A DNA stretch of 64,000 nucleotides from the human T2T-CHM13v2.0 reference genome, Homo sapiens: assembly GCF_009914755.1 (NCBI RefSeq), contig NC_060938.1; one strand, given 5' to 3'. Under the pieces are notes generated by a model. That model was not told the origin of the DNA. It saw only the letters and a program-made list of their open reading frames with translations, and made no database searches. The position numbers and the translations under genes were made by a program. This document shows positions 13,417 to 28,430 of the stretch, one piece after another (positions within the stretch are counted from its first letter, which is position 1; each line of letters begins with the position of its first letter).

Positions 13417-14178
13417 TCATAGAAAGAACTTTAGACAGTTGTACCTGTGAGATAACACAGCCATCTATAGGGAGGCAGTGCTTACTGTACCTCTGCTGCA
13501 GATGACAATGGGACCTGACCTACATCCTAGTTACATATCCAGGAACTAATCATTAGCTACACCCACTCAAAAAATAAGGATGTGGGCGGTCCTTTACTCC
13601 TCCTGTCACAATGTATATTTTGTGTTTACTCAGGACACCATGAAATTCAAAGTACAAAGCACCATTTATACGTTTCTTTCTTTTGGCAGGAAGTCAATAA
13701 GTTCAAACGTCCACCAGCCAAGTCCAGATCTGACATATACAACCTACACAGGTGTATAGGACAATATAATCTGATAAGAAAATGAGTTTAGATCGCCAGA
13801 TATTCACAGCCACTGGGTTCAACTGCTTCTTAGTGACACCTGGAATTCTTTACAGGAATTAAATGTGGCATAAAAATGAATATCTTACCAGAGGAAGTTT
13901 TCATTAAAATGTCCTCAGAATTTTTTTTTTCTCAGCTACCTCATTTTATCCAGGGAAAACTATGTGAAAATGAACAAAATAAAATTATAATCTGTATAGG
14001 AAATTTAGCAATCTGGTTACCCACGGCCAAGTACTCTGCAGTAAAAACCAAGACTGTGCAGGATTATAGGTGTTAAAAATAAAGAAACTACCAAATGAAG
14101 AAAGCATTCTTCTATGTAGTCGCAGGAGAAACACAGAGGTTTCTTTGCTACTACTTTGAGCCAGAAAAACAGGTTGTG

Positions 14179-14457
14179 GGCTGGGCACGGTGGCTCACGC
14201 CTGTAATCCCAGCACTTTGGGAGACTGAGGTGGGTGGATCACCTGAGGTCAGGGGTTCGAGACCAGCCCAGACAACATGGTGAAACCCCGTCTCTACAAA
14301 AAATACAAAAAGTAGCCAGACATGGTGGCGTGTGCCTATAATCCCAGCTACTCAGGAGGCTGAGACGGGAGAACACTTGAACCCGGGAGACGGAGGTTAC
14401 AGTGAGCCGAGATTGTGCCACTGCACTCCAGCCTAGGCAACAGAGCAAGACTCCATC

Positions 14458-14484
<27 letters not shown>
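14179..14484 (+). mobile_element. AluSx-like
   Basis: Full dimer with a long poly(A) tail and TSD ACAGGTTGTG. Confidence 0.95.
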
Positions 14485-14488
<4 letters not shown>

Positions 14489-14815
14489 GGTTGTGGATTG
14501 CAGCTTTCTACATCCTCAGCTTATAGATAATATTCCCAGTGTCAGTGGAAGAGGGCTAGTGTGGTGGGGTCCATGATCCCAAAAGGGTGAGAACAGGTCT
14601 CTGGGATGGCCAAGCACATATGTCTTTCTTCCGGACCCTTGGGGCAGCCAAATGCCCCACTGTCTATCTGAAAGCTACCTGCCCAGGGCATTCCTTTCAG
14701 GAAAAATTTCTGAAAGTCTTTACTGTACACAAAAGAACATTAACCCACTGGGTCTTGGGGAAAACTAATAGGAGATTTTAAGTTCAGCAATAAATGAACA
14801 TTAAAGAAATCAGCT

Positions 14816-15118
14816 GGCCCGGCACGGTGGCTCACGCCTGTAATCATAGCACTCTGGGAGGCTGAGGCGGGCCGATCGTGAAGTCAGGAGATCGAGACCA
14901 TCCTGGCTAACAGAGTGAAACCCCGTCTCTACTAAAAATATACAAAAAATTAGCCGGGCGTGGTGGCAGGCGCCTGTAGTCCCAGCTACTCAGGAGGCTG
15001 AGGTAGGAGAATGGCGTGAACCCAGGAGGCGGAGCTTGCAGTGAGCCAAGATGGCGCCACAGCACTCCAGCCTGGGCGACAGAGCAAGACTCCGTCTCAA
15101 AAAAAAAAAAAAAAAAAA
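14816..15118 (+). mobile_element. AluY
   Basis: Y diagnostics 'gagaatggcgtgaaccc' and 'gcggagcttgcagtgagc'. TSD AAAGAAATCAGCT (14803-14815, 15116-15128). Confidence 0.95.
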
Positions 15119-16311
15119 GAAATCAGCTATACCCTTCCTCTACTGGTCAGATTTTATGTAAGTATCCACCCTGAAAAAGACCTGCTTTTTACACGGAATA
15201 TACACGGAATATATTTCCAACAGTGACATTATTCATCAGCATATCTTTAAAGTATTTTCTGGGTAACTATTTGCCAGTCAGGAAGAAAAAGGAGCAGACA
15301 CAGCAAAGCCTACAGTAAGACAGTCCTGGCAGAATGTGGCAGGACCCTGAAAGGCCCTGAAGAGCTCCAAAGATCAGCAGGACCGCAGGAACCAGGTTTG
15401 GGAAACAGGAGTGTCCTGAAGCCTGACACAGGCCACCTAGGACTCCTGTCTCCACAGAGCCCCATTTGACAGAGGCCCGGAGAGCTCCTGGGACTCTGAA
15501 ATAGGACAGGAATGGAAACCAGAACTTCACTATCAGCACTTGTTTTTCTGGCTGCAACAGAGTTTTGTTAATTCCTCCAACACTTGTCAGAGGAGAGGCA
15601 GGGTAGGGAAAGGAAAAGGCAAGACAGTAAGGTTTGACTTTTAAATCATGTTCTCTTTTGCTCTCTAAACCTGACTTTTCACCTGTATAATGATAATACT
15701 CAAAACAGATTAAAAGACATCATTCAAATGGCATCTTCTCCCTCCCTGCTAATGTCTTCAGTCTTCACTCAAGAAAGGAAGTTGCATTCCTTTACAGGCA
15801 AGTGTTATAAATAATGCTTAGGGTTTTTTGTTTGTCTGTCACCCATGGCATTAGTCCTTCCTTCCAGTGGGACTGGGCTCTGAGAAGTCTTGCTATTTCC
15901 CAAAATCACTGTACATGCTCAAAGGTCATTTTAAAACCACCTAAAGTATTCAAAAGTATGTATGTTTAGAGCAATTCCAAAAAATGTTTTCAGCAATACT
16001 TTTTAAGGTGGTTTACTATCTTCCAGAGGGACTTCTACAAAAGGCAAACTCATCTGGAGATCAAATGGTTTTACACTTTCAAGTGGTCTCTGACTTTACA
16101 ATTGCCCTGGGCCATCTATGCTGGCTCCAACTTTTCAGCAAGTTTCCTTGCTAAAGGGTTTTATACCTCTATATACCACTTCATGTCCTCCTTCCCCAGA
16201 AACATTTGAGGATAAAATCAGATATCAGTGACAGGTAACCCCCATGACTACAGATTTCAAGACTTTTTACCAATGTTCTGTGGAACTTTCATTGTGTTTT
16301 TAAAAATACGA

Positions 16312-16339
16312 ACACACACACACACACTCACACACACAA
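16312..16339. repeat. (CA)n microsatellite, interrupted
   Basis: acacacacacacacactcacacacacaa. Confidence 0.9.
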
Positions 16340-16359
16340 CTGAAACATAAACAAGAGGC

Positions 16360-16834
16360 ACGGAAAGATACTAAACTTCAAATGGTGATAAGCGAAAGAC
16401 AAGCTAAAATCATAATGACAGACCCCCATACAAACATCAGAATGGCTAAAATGAAAATGACTTATCAAACTAAGTGTTGGCAAAGAATGTGGAACAATGG
16501 AACTCTTATTCATACCTGATAGGAGTGTGAAGAGCCACACTGGAGAACTGGCTGTACTCACTAAAGCTGAACATATTCACATCTTAGAAATCAGCAGTTG
16601 TAGACACACACCCACCATCAGAAAAGCAAACCCATGTTCATCAAAAGACATACACATAAATGTTCACAACAGCATTATTCATAATACTCAAAAACTGGAA
16701 ACAATTCAAACATCTGCCATCAGCAATTTATGTTCACACAAAGGAATACTATCCAATAATGAAAATAAATAAACTACTGCTGCATACACAACGTGGATGA
16801 ATCTCACAAAATCAAGGGAAAGAAGTCAGACATA
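16360..16834 (+). mobile_element. Old L1M (L1ME-like) 3' fragment
   Basis: 'agaatggctaaaatgaaaa', 'gtgttggcaaagaatgtggaacaatggaactc', 'tggatgaatctcaca'. Confidence 0.8.
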
Positions 16835-17420
16835 GGAACCCTTAGAAGCAGAGATTAGAGTGGTTGTTACAAAGAAGGGAACAATAGACATTAGGCCAAC
16901 TTGATGGCAGAGGGTAGGAGGAGGGAGAAGAGCAGAAAAAATAACTATTGGGCACTAGGCTTAGTACGTGGACGACAAAATAATCTGTACAACACAGTCC
17001 CATGACTTGTGTTTATCTATATAACAAACCTACACGTGTACCCTCGAAACTAAAAGCTTTTTTTTAAAAAAAAGAAAAAAAAATAATGGTAGTTACCAGG
17101 GGAGGAGATGGAGGGACCAGGGAGATGTTGGTCAAAAGATACAAATTTTCAGTTAGATAGGAGAAATGAATACATTTAGACCTACTGTACAACACCATGA
17201 TTATAGTTGACATAGTGTATTCTATACTTCAAAATTGCTAACAGAGTAGATTTTAAATGTTCTCACCACAAATAAATGATAAGTATAGGAGGTAATGCAT
17301 ATGTTAACTAGCTTGATTTAGTCATTCTACAACATATACATATATCAAAACATCATGTTGTACAACAATAAGTATACACAATTATTTTTCAATTAAAAAT
17401 AAATACAAAATTTTAAAAAA
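16835..17420 (+). mobile_element. L1MA 3' end, itself interrupted by an L1PA end at 16871-17083
   Basis: 'gttggtcaaaagatacaaatttcagttagataggag', 'gagtagattttaaatgttctcaccaca'. Degenerate TSD aaagaagtcagacata / aaagaagtccaacata. Confidence 0.8.
16871..17083 (+). mobile_element. L1PA (L1PA15/16-like) 3' end with A-rich tail
   Basis: 'aaaaataactattgggcactaggcttagtac...aataatctgtacaac...tatataacaaacctacacgtgtaccc'. Confidence 0.8.
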
Positions 17421-17784
17421 GAAGTCCAACATAAAATACAAAATACAACATAAAAGAATACAAAAGTATAAATTAGGGGGTTAATAGCATAGATTCTTTA
17501 TGAGTTTTCATTTCAACTCAAACAGGAAGTTATTATAAGTCTTGTAGTTCTATTACCAGGGCTGCTCTATAGTAAGCCTTTATTTCAAAAGTGGAGAGCT
17601 TTTCAGTTCACATATGGAAATGAGGCATACTCTTCATTTTGGAGGCATCAAGTTTCTTTTACTTAGTTTCTCTCTCATTCTGTCTTCAGCTGCTTTCTGA
17701 CTGTCTTTGTATAAATTGCAGTTTCTTGGTGCATATCTCTCTGGATATCTTATGTCTCTCTCTGGGTCCCAGGTTAGGAATTAG

Positions 17785-18314
<530 letters not shown>

Positions 18315-18654
18315 CCTGGGGCATATGGTGACCTGACAAACTCAGAGGCCTAGGGCTAGAGGTCACAGCCTTGCAAAGGTCATACAGTTCAACCTAAATG
18401 GCTCCTGTGTGAATGGCCTCACTCCCAGCCTGGGGCCATATGAATGAGCCATGTTTTACACCTGTAACTTTATTTTCCAAACTCAAGTCACATTATTCTG
18501 GAACTTGGGGGTGGTCAGAAAGGAGGCAGAGGACAAGGGAGGTGGTTAGAATTGAAGGTAGAAAGGCATGTCTGCTCTCATTTCTCTGCAACTCAGGAAA
18601 AGAGGGTAATATTTGAGAGCTAAAAGTCTACTGAGGCTGCTACATAGTACTGCA

Positions 18655-18845
18655 GGACCTTAGACAGAAGTCACTTCACCTTTCTCTATCTCAGTCTTTT
18701 CAAGTGTAAAATAGAGATAAGTAACAGTACCTACCTCTGAGAGTGTGTTGTAGGATTAAAGGAAGCGACATTTGTAAAGTGCTTAGAACCATGTATTATG
18801 TTAGCATATGATAATGTATAGGTAGTATTAAATAAAAATTTATTA
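18655..18845 (+). mobile_element. MIR
   Basis: 'aagtcacttcacc...ctcagtc...tgtaaaatagagataa...tgtaaagtgcttagaac'. Confidence 0.75.
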
Positions 18846-18929
18846 TTTTTATGTCATGGAGTTGGTTTCTCTCTGATAAAGAAACAAAAAATAATAGACT
18901 AGATAGTGAAGGGGAATCACAGAAGAAAA

Positions 18930-19050
18930 GCAGCTCAACATATGTTTATTGATTCTCTACTGTATGACAGACACGCATAGTTTGTATCCTCTGGGATACA
19001 AAAATGAAGATCCTTGTCTTTGAAGGAGTTCACAATCCAGTGGGGAATGA
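18930..19050 (-). mobile_element. L2 3' end fragment
   Basis: 'tcaacatatgtttattga...ggagttcacaatccagtgggg'. Confidence 0.6.
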
Positions 19051-19282
19051 AAGCAAAGGCTGTCCCTAAAGCCGATGTCTTCATTCAAGATTCCTGTTCC
19101 ATCTTTTAAAATCAACTATTAGATAGACCAGTAAGTATGTGGTTGCCAATGACAAAAAAGGATCTGAAGTCTCATTTCTCAGTAGTGAAATTGGGAGAAA
19201 TGTCTACTTTATTAGCTTTAAGCTCCTTATATAAGTGCCAACTTCCTATATTCAAGGTAGACAGTTTAAAAAGAAAAAACGG

Positions 19283-19681
<399 letters not shown>

Positions 19682-20774
19682 TCAGCAGCAGGACTGCTTC
19701 CTTATTGCTCTTTAATGATAGGGTAGATTAAATTTTTCAAGAATAATATTAACTTCTTAACCACCAGTTACTGCTGGCTTTCAGCTTAGACTGTACAAAG
19801 TCAACATATTTCTAGGCAGCCTACAAACAAAAAACAGCTCACTGATATACGCCCTATCTGACCAAGCTTAGTCACCAGAGCGGTTATGGAAAGTGACTAG
19901 ACTGCAGCACACATATTCACCTGCCAGAGGAATCAGATAATTCTCACTTCCAAATGACATGGCCACCTCTACCTTCCAGAAGCGCAGTGAGTCCCAGTGA
20001 AGCCTAGTGTATTAGGCTTCAACCCAAATATCTTATCTTTGATTACCTGATGTCGATGCAACAGCAGTTCAAATGCTCTGCCCTGGCATTGTAACAAAGT
20101 AAACAATCTCATTCTTCAAAGTCATCAGGCGTTAAAGACCCCAACCTGACAATCCATGCAAGAGTCAAACAAGAAGGTAGAACAGGGTCTCAAAGGGTAC
20201 AATTACTACCCTTAGGAAAGCAATAAACATCAGGCTGTGGAGACTGGAAACTAGTTTGATTTATTGCACTTGTGGCTTTGTTTAATTCTTAAAAACTATT
20301 TGTACGTATTGTTTCCCAGAAGAAAGAGGATCCATCAACTTAATTGAAATGTAAACACAATCTCCTATTTCCTTCCACTTCAAATGATGATAAACGAAAC
20401 AGAAACAGAACAAATTTAACAAGCCACCAACTCACCTTGGGTAACCTATGAGGATGTAATTCCCCAAGCCAGCACTGTAGAGTAATAGCATATACTTTAC
20501 AGAGGTGCTTCATCTTACAGCTCATAATGTCCTCATGCCAATCCCATAAGAAGGCAAGCCAGCCGGGATTAGTGCCAGTCCCAAAAGCAACAGAGGAAGC
20601 AGAGGCTGGTGAGGGCAAGGGGCACAGGCTCCAGGTGGGAGAATCCCAGTCATGTATTTTGTTCCTTACTCCTTACCACAGAATTCTTGATCTTTGTGGG
20701 CAGGAGAAGGTCAATAGCATTTAGCATTTCAGGCACATGATGCTAGGCACACTTCTACCTGCTCGGTCTTACTC

Positions 20775-20905
20775 TGATCATACAGATAAGAAACTGTGGC
20801 GCAGATGTTAATTAACTTGCGCAAGGTCACGCACACGTTAATGGTAGAGCTATGTTTCACACTCGGCCCTGTCCCATTCCGAAGCCATCTTCTCTAAACT
20901 GTATC
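20775..20905 (-). mobile_element. MIR fragment
   Basis: 'tacagataagaaactgtggcgcaga...aacttgcgcaaggtcac...ggtagagct'. Confidence 0.7.
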
Positions 20906-20909
20906 AGCT

Positions 20910-21042
20910 TCTACTCAAAGTATGATCCACTCGACAGCAGCATCTGCATCAGGGAGAGCTTGTTAGAAGTGCAGAATCTCAGGCCCCATCCCAGACCTAC
21001 TGAATCAGAACCAGCATTCTAACAAAATCTCAAGAGGCACTG
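20910..21042. mobile_element. MER5A/B MITE
   Basis: 'gagcttgttagaagtgcagaatctcaggccccatcccagacctactgaatcagaa'. Confidence 0.85.
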
Positions 21043-21323
21043 TGGCACCACACTGTTAAAGAGAGAAGAATGTCTACCCAAGGGCCAACTGTGTCAGCTC
21101 CAGCGGTGTTAAACCTCATTTAGTATCATGCCTCTTGGACCCAAATACGTTGATGTTCACGTAATGCTGACCACCACAAGAACCCTCTTTAAATAGAGAT
21201 TTTTTAAAAAGAGGGAGGAGGCAGTCTTGACAGAGTTCTACAAACAAATTAGAAGATGACACTAAAATGTCGATCACAGTCAGATCTTAAGGCGGAAGCT
21301 AAACTGAAACTGCAGAGTCAGCA

Positions 21324-21336
21324 TGCCCTCTGGTGG
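21324..21336 (-). promoter_or_regulatory. Candidate CTCF-binding core motif
   Basis: Minus strand reads CCACCAGAGGGCA, close to the CTCF consensus CCASYAGRKGGCR. Motif match only. Confidence 0.5.
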
Positions 21337-21684
21337 ATCACAAGGAAGCCTGAATAGGGAATTTGTCTCTGGAGGAAAATCCAGAAACACACTCAGATAT
21401 GAAGATGACAAGGCACTTGCCATGAAAACGATCCCACTGACTCAGGAGCAACTTGGAACAAAACCCTTTTAATTCAGGTAGTAAACTTTCGAATGAGAGA
21501 GTAACAAGAGCATTCTAGAAAGCCAAAGACAAACAAGGATAAACGAATAATCCAGATATTTTTTCCCGATAGCAGAAAATTTAACCTGAAACTGAAACCC
21601 TATTTCTGGAGTTGTCTCATCATTTTTTTTTAAAAAAACAAAAAACAAAAAACTCTCCTTTGGATCCAACTACCTTCTTCCTAT

Positions 21685-22712
<1,028 letters not shown>

Positions 22713-22861
22713 GGCACAGGAACACTTCCATGCCCCCGTCCAGTTCCAGGCACCCCTGACTGCTTTCATCCTGAGTGTTGCGCCTCCACTCCTGCAACCA
22801 GCTGTCCAGTCCTCTCTATAACTCATCTGCTATTTCAACGAATTTACAGAATCAAAAAACT

Positions 22862-22983
22862 TTTTGTTTTGTTTTTGGGACAGGATATTACTCTGTTGCC
22901 CAGGCTGGAGTGCAGTGGCACGATCAGGGCTCACTGCAGCCTTGACCTGCTGGCATTACAGGCATGAGCAACCAAGCCTGGGC
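22862..22983 (-). mobile_element. Internally deleted AluJ / monomer-sized Alu
   Basis: 'ctctgttgcccaggctggagtgcagtggcacgatc...cttgacc' is joined directly to 'tgctggcattacaggcatgagc'. Confidence 0.85.
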
Positions 22984-23783
22984 TTAATAGGTTCTTTGAC
23001 CACCACCACAGATTCAGTAAATCTCGCACTGTGCTGGGCACAATCCATTTTGTTGTATGCTCTGAAAATTATTTATATGCAGGCACAAATGCAAGTCTTT
23101 ACTCCTGCTTCATTATCCCTCCAACCTAAAATGTCCCTTATCTATCAAAGAGTGCTACCCACCATTTATATTATCACAGTCCAGCTCCTTCGTGGAGACT
23201 TTCTTAGCCACTACAGCTTAAAATGTTCTTCTCTACTCTGAAATAAAAAATAAGTAACCACTTATAGAGTTAATTAATTAATAGCCATACTTAATGAATG
23301 TCCCTATATTTTCGGGATATACTAGGTGAAACCATCCCACCCACAATATTAAATCACATATTAAAATTGTGGTTTGTGCTAACTCAGTAATGGAGTCCTA
23401 AAAGATACATATATAACCTCAGAAAATTCTGTATTCTGGGAAACGCTGACTTGAATAAATGTAACCAAGTTTTTGTCGTTGATATAGTTAACTATAGTAC
23501 TTCTCATAGTCTTTGATATAATGATGCCCATGTTGAGAATCTCTACAAGAGGAAAAAAAAATAATAGGCAGTGCTTCCCAAATGGATTTGCCCTTTATAA
23601 GAGCAAACTGATTAATACCCACCCCAACAGCACTTTACCCAACATATTCTCGGAACTGCTGAGCTAACTGCTCAGCAATTCAATCAGCTGGACAGCATTG
23701 AGTAGAAACCATATTTTCTACCAGAATAAGGAACTAACCTTGCTTTGTTTGAGGATGTCATCAATTGATAGTCACTACACTAA

Positions 23784-24169
<386 letters not shown>

Positions 24170-25754
24170 TAAGATCCATCTGGGCTTCTGAAATCAGAAA
24201 AAGAATGTATCTTAGAAATGAGCTAGTGCAGTATAACTAGTGTTTTAGTTTAAAAGCACCCTCTAGGAACATAGAGAATAATGCTCTAGGAATGGGCCCT
24301 GACTCTCTGTGACTCAGTAATAACAGTCCTAATGACCAAAAAGAAATAAAGTGTCATAATGACCGTCTCACAACAGATTTATTAAAGGGAGCAAAGATAC
24401 CATGTACTGAGAAAAGTGAACAACAGTGATAAGAGGCTGCCCTCAAAGCAGGGGTAACACCCAAAATATAAACATCAGGTTATGGGAAGAAATTTTAAAA
24501 TAGAAATGTTCCCTACTTATACTAAGTGGGAAAAACCATTGAAATTAACTAATGAATCTTAAGAGTGACAACCAGAAGGCTGTTCCTTCACCAAGTGCTG
24601 ACTGCTGTCAGGAAGACAGGTTTGGGCCTGAAAGTTTTATCTACTAAAACACTAAGTGTACACTTGAGTTTTTTAAAGGTTTCTGATTTACTGATAGGTT
24701 TCTCTAGTGCTAATCATTTTAAAACTAAAACAAAGCACAAATGGACAGCTGAGATAAAGCATGACAGTGAGCTGGGATCCCATTTGGCCTAGCAACACAA
24801 GAACTAGTTAAGGCACTGACTGACCTCCTCTTATACCTAATTGATTTGGGCACTACATTATGTAAACTTTATTTCTTCCTTAGGATGTTATTGCAGGAAC
24901 CCTCCTGACTCAAGCAGGCTCCCACAGCCTCTCTGATGCAAAGCAGTCAAAATTCAAGGCCACAGTCTAGGTCATAGGAAGTCATGGTGAGCTCACAGCA
25001 CAGGACTATGGCGTGGGGGAAAAGGAAAAGAGCTTAAGATTGGGTTAGGTCCCAATAGTGCTTCATTACAAGCTAGGTTACACAGGACACCACACTAATA
25101 CTGATCAGCTGCCCCTGAAAGCCAGCCTTCTACCCTCTTAGAGACGAAGAGAGGGTCTCAGCCACTGCCAATGCCACTACCATTCTCCAGAAGGAATGAA
25201 AGGGCTTTGCCAGGTCTAACCACCATGGGACATTTGTCGTGGGGTGTACTTCATGCTCCTTCCAGGGCCTGGGTAAGCTGTCCATTCGGAAAAGACACCA
25301 CTGCAAATTCTTCTTAAACTTGTTCCCTAGGTGATCTATTCTGTCCTCCAACCTTAAGGTTCAAGCTGTCAGAACTGTACGTAACCTCCTTTCCACAAAT
25401 GTCTGAGGTTTCTCCAAAAAAGGAAATGGGGTAGTTTTTAGATTTTATAAATTATAAAGGTCACCAATCCGGCACTACCCAAGGGTGATCTAAAACCTGA
25501 GACTACATATTTTACAGTATGAAAAGAAGGGGGAATCCTACCTCTTTGTAAAATACATCCATTTGAAGAGCAATCAGAATTATTAAACCTAGATAATGGT
25601 AAGTGGCACAGGCATTGGAACATAAAATGCCTAAGGAGACTTCCCAACACACCCCCAAAGAAACCTTGTCTCTGTATATGAGCTAGTAAAATAATGGCAT
25701 TTCACAACAAACGTCATCTCTCTTACTATCTCCCACTCCATAAGTTAGTGATTC

Positions 25755-25917
25755 TATAGGCATGGTCTGTAGCACCATTAGCATCATCTGGAACTAGTCA
25801 GAAATGCTAATTCTTGGGCCTTCACCCTAGACCTAGAGAATCAGAGACTCTGGCAGTATAGCCCAACAGTTTGAGATGTAACAAGCCCTCCAGATGATTC
25901 TGATCTGAGAACCACTG
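25755..25917. mobile_element. MER5A MITE
   Basis: 'gcatcatctggaactagtcagaaatgc...aacaagccctccagatgattctgat..gagaaccactg'. Confidence 0.8.
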
Positions 25918-26477
25918 CCCTAAGATTAGGGAAGATGCTGCACCTGGGGTGGCTCAGGAGCCTGTGTGAACCCTTTTTAACTGAGTGATAATCTCACCTG
26001 TTCTTGCCTTCAATTGATACTGGCTTTTAATCTTCATAGACTGATTTCACAGATTAGGATTTGAGTCCTTAGTTCAAGGTCACTATTAGAGGTCAAGTCA
26101 GAGCTCCATTCCAGGATCTGCTGACTTCTTCATCAGCCTTGAGTTTCAAACTAAGGCCTTTCTGACCGTGCCAATTCTGGGGCCTAGGACTCTGAATGTT
26201 GATAAGGCCACCCCAGTCATCTCCTAATCTACATCATGCTGCCTTCCTCAGATAAATATGAGGACTGGAGCTCCAATTCTTAAAATCAAAAGAGATGGAT
26301 TTGAGGATAGAGAAAGAAAAAGGGTAAACAGATGCTTCCAAAGGCCCAAGCAACTAAACCACTTGGTGAGGAGTGGACAGAGAGGAGAGAAGACCTAGAT
26401 GTCTTGTTATAATTAAGAATTAGCTCATTCAAAACAACTGAGTAAAGAGCACAGAGACAATATCTAAGACCTGAATG

Positions 26478-26700
26478 GTGCTTTTAAAGTTTTCTTAGCT
26501 CTTTTCATTTTCATTATCTCATCTGAGTTTACAACAACCCTGCAATGGAGGGAGGTAAGGCCACGATTATCTCCGTTTGACAGAAGAGAAAACTTAAGTT
26601 CAGAGTGACTAATCATTTGTCCATCAGCACTGTCATCAGCTGTAAAGCTGAAACTTGACCTCAAGTCTGTCTGACTCTAGAACTGTGTAGTGTATCCACA
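26478..26700 (-). mobile_element. MIR
   Basis: 'acaacaaccctgc...attatctccgtttgacagaagagaaaact...caagtctgtctgactctaga'. Confidence 0.75.
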
Positions 26701-28120
26701 TTATGTGATTCGCACATCTAGAAATCGGCCCCAAAGCAGACTACCCTCAAGGAAAAAGCAAAGAGAAAAACAGGCAGCAGAATGGTGAGCCCCTAAATCC
26801 TGGCACTTGAGCAGTGTGAGGGTGTCCCTTTAAGAACGTAACACACAAACCCAACAGCCAAGGTGTTCAGCCAAAAAAGAAAAAAAGAGAGGCATATTTC
26901 TAGCCTGCATAATCATTTCTGGACCGATTCCCACTAGCAGCCTCTGAGACGAACAGCAGCTCACAGCCTCGGCTGAAGCTCCTCCACCCCCAGGGTGGCT
27001 CTGACTAGGGCGCAGCTCTGACTAGTGTGCAGGCAAAACCCCAAAACTCAAAACAAGAAGTGAAAAAAGTGGAGCCAGGAAAAATTCGTCGGCATCCTCC
27101 ACAGCCTTACAATCCGCACAATGCCAGTTCCAGGGTCCTGGGGTCGCCCGGAAGGCAATCTTAGGAGAGGGTGGAATGAGATGGAAGTTCCTGCGGACCT
27201 ACCGATCCTATTCTCTCCCACCCAGTCCCTAGGGAAGCGTAATAGGAAGGGGAGAAGGTTCGTTATGAAATCCTGGGGCCAGAACCAAGGGCAGATACAC
27301 CCCGGGGACTTTCTCCTAAAGAACAAGATGTCTTTCCAAATTCTCCACCTGCAGGTCCTGTCCTCTGTGAAGATGAACGGGGTGGGGTGGTGAGGTGGCG
27401 GGGTGTTGTAAACCTGAGGAAAGGTTGGAGGGAAAATCAAGCCACCCACCTACTCCAGCCACGTTGCCCGGCGGTGTTGGTGAGGCTCGATGCCGGCGTG
27501 CACGGCAAGCGCGAATTCGGAACCTGGCGCCCTTGACCAAGCCTGAGATCGGAAAGGGGGCATCGCCCAGGGCCAGCGCCCTGGGGGCAGGGTGCCGTGC
27601 CCGCCAGAAAAGCTCGCCTCAGTTTTGGCAGTAATGATTTTCCTAGAAGATGCCAGAGTTCGCGAAGATCGGAGTGATTCGCGGATTTCTGCGCTCAAGC
27701 TAGAGGCGCAGCGACCCCGAGCTCCCCCACACTGGGAGCCTCGGGGCAGCATTCTCGGGGCCCATGCCATCGCGGGGACGGTGCGGAAAAAAAGGCTCCA
27801 TCCTCAACTTTCTCGGAGGAAATCGCTCCGTTCTGCGGCTTGCCCAATACTGCCCGCACAACGGGTCCCAGGGTTGGAGAGAACCAGGGACACGAGTCCC
27901 TCTCTGCGCGCACAAAGCAGCTGCGCCGGGGCGCGCGGCCCCCTCTCCCGCCACCCGCCAACTTGGAAGAATCTCTCTGGGAGCCTGCCTACTCCCCTGG
28001 CCTCACAGCCACCCGCCTCGGACGGAGCGCCAGGCGCCCCAACAGCCGTGGCGGCTGCAACCGCATCTCCCGGGCTTGGCCTCCGCCCTGACCGCCTGGC
28101 TCCCCTCGCCCCGGTCCTAC

Positions 28121-28430
28121 CGTGCAGCCTGGCTCGCGCCCCTGCCGTGCCAGTGCGCGGCACGCGTCCCAGAGCACGAGGCTCCTCCCCGGGGGGCTGC
28201 CCCGCGCGGGGCTCCGGGCTCCGGACAAGGCTTAGCCGGCCCGGGTGCTGGCTCGCCGCCGCTCGCGGCTCCCGCGCCGGCTCCTGCTGCCGCGCGCGAA
28301 AAGGGAGGGGTTGGGGGGAAACTCCCGGCAACTCCAACTCCGGGCGCTGGAGCTCCAGCTGCAGCCGCGCGCCCGCCCGCCGCCGAGTGCGAGCGCCTGC
28401 GAAGCAAACCTGCCCGCGCGGCCGCCTCTG
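28121..28430 (-). other. Putative first (non-coding) exon of an unidentified minus-strand gene
   Basis: Minus-strand donor ACG|GTAGGA at 28121/28120. The island extends ~700 bp further on the low-coordinate side, as typical of intron 1, and CCAAT/GC boxes lie upstream. TSS position is approximate. Confidence 0.55.

Noticed and set aside
19998-20021. 9-bp hairpin tgaagccta/taggcttca, and small tandem duplications at ~15190 and ~37885
   Set aside because: Short enough to be expected by chance or routine slippage in 64 kb.
28121-28430. Assigning a gene symbol to the CpG-island promoter
   Set aside because: No coding exon is in the window and I do not confidently recognise the 5'UTR. BLAT to a primate genome would settle it.
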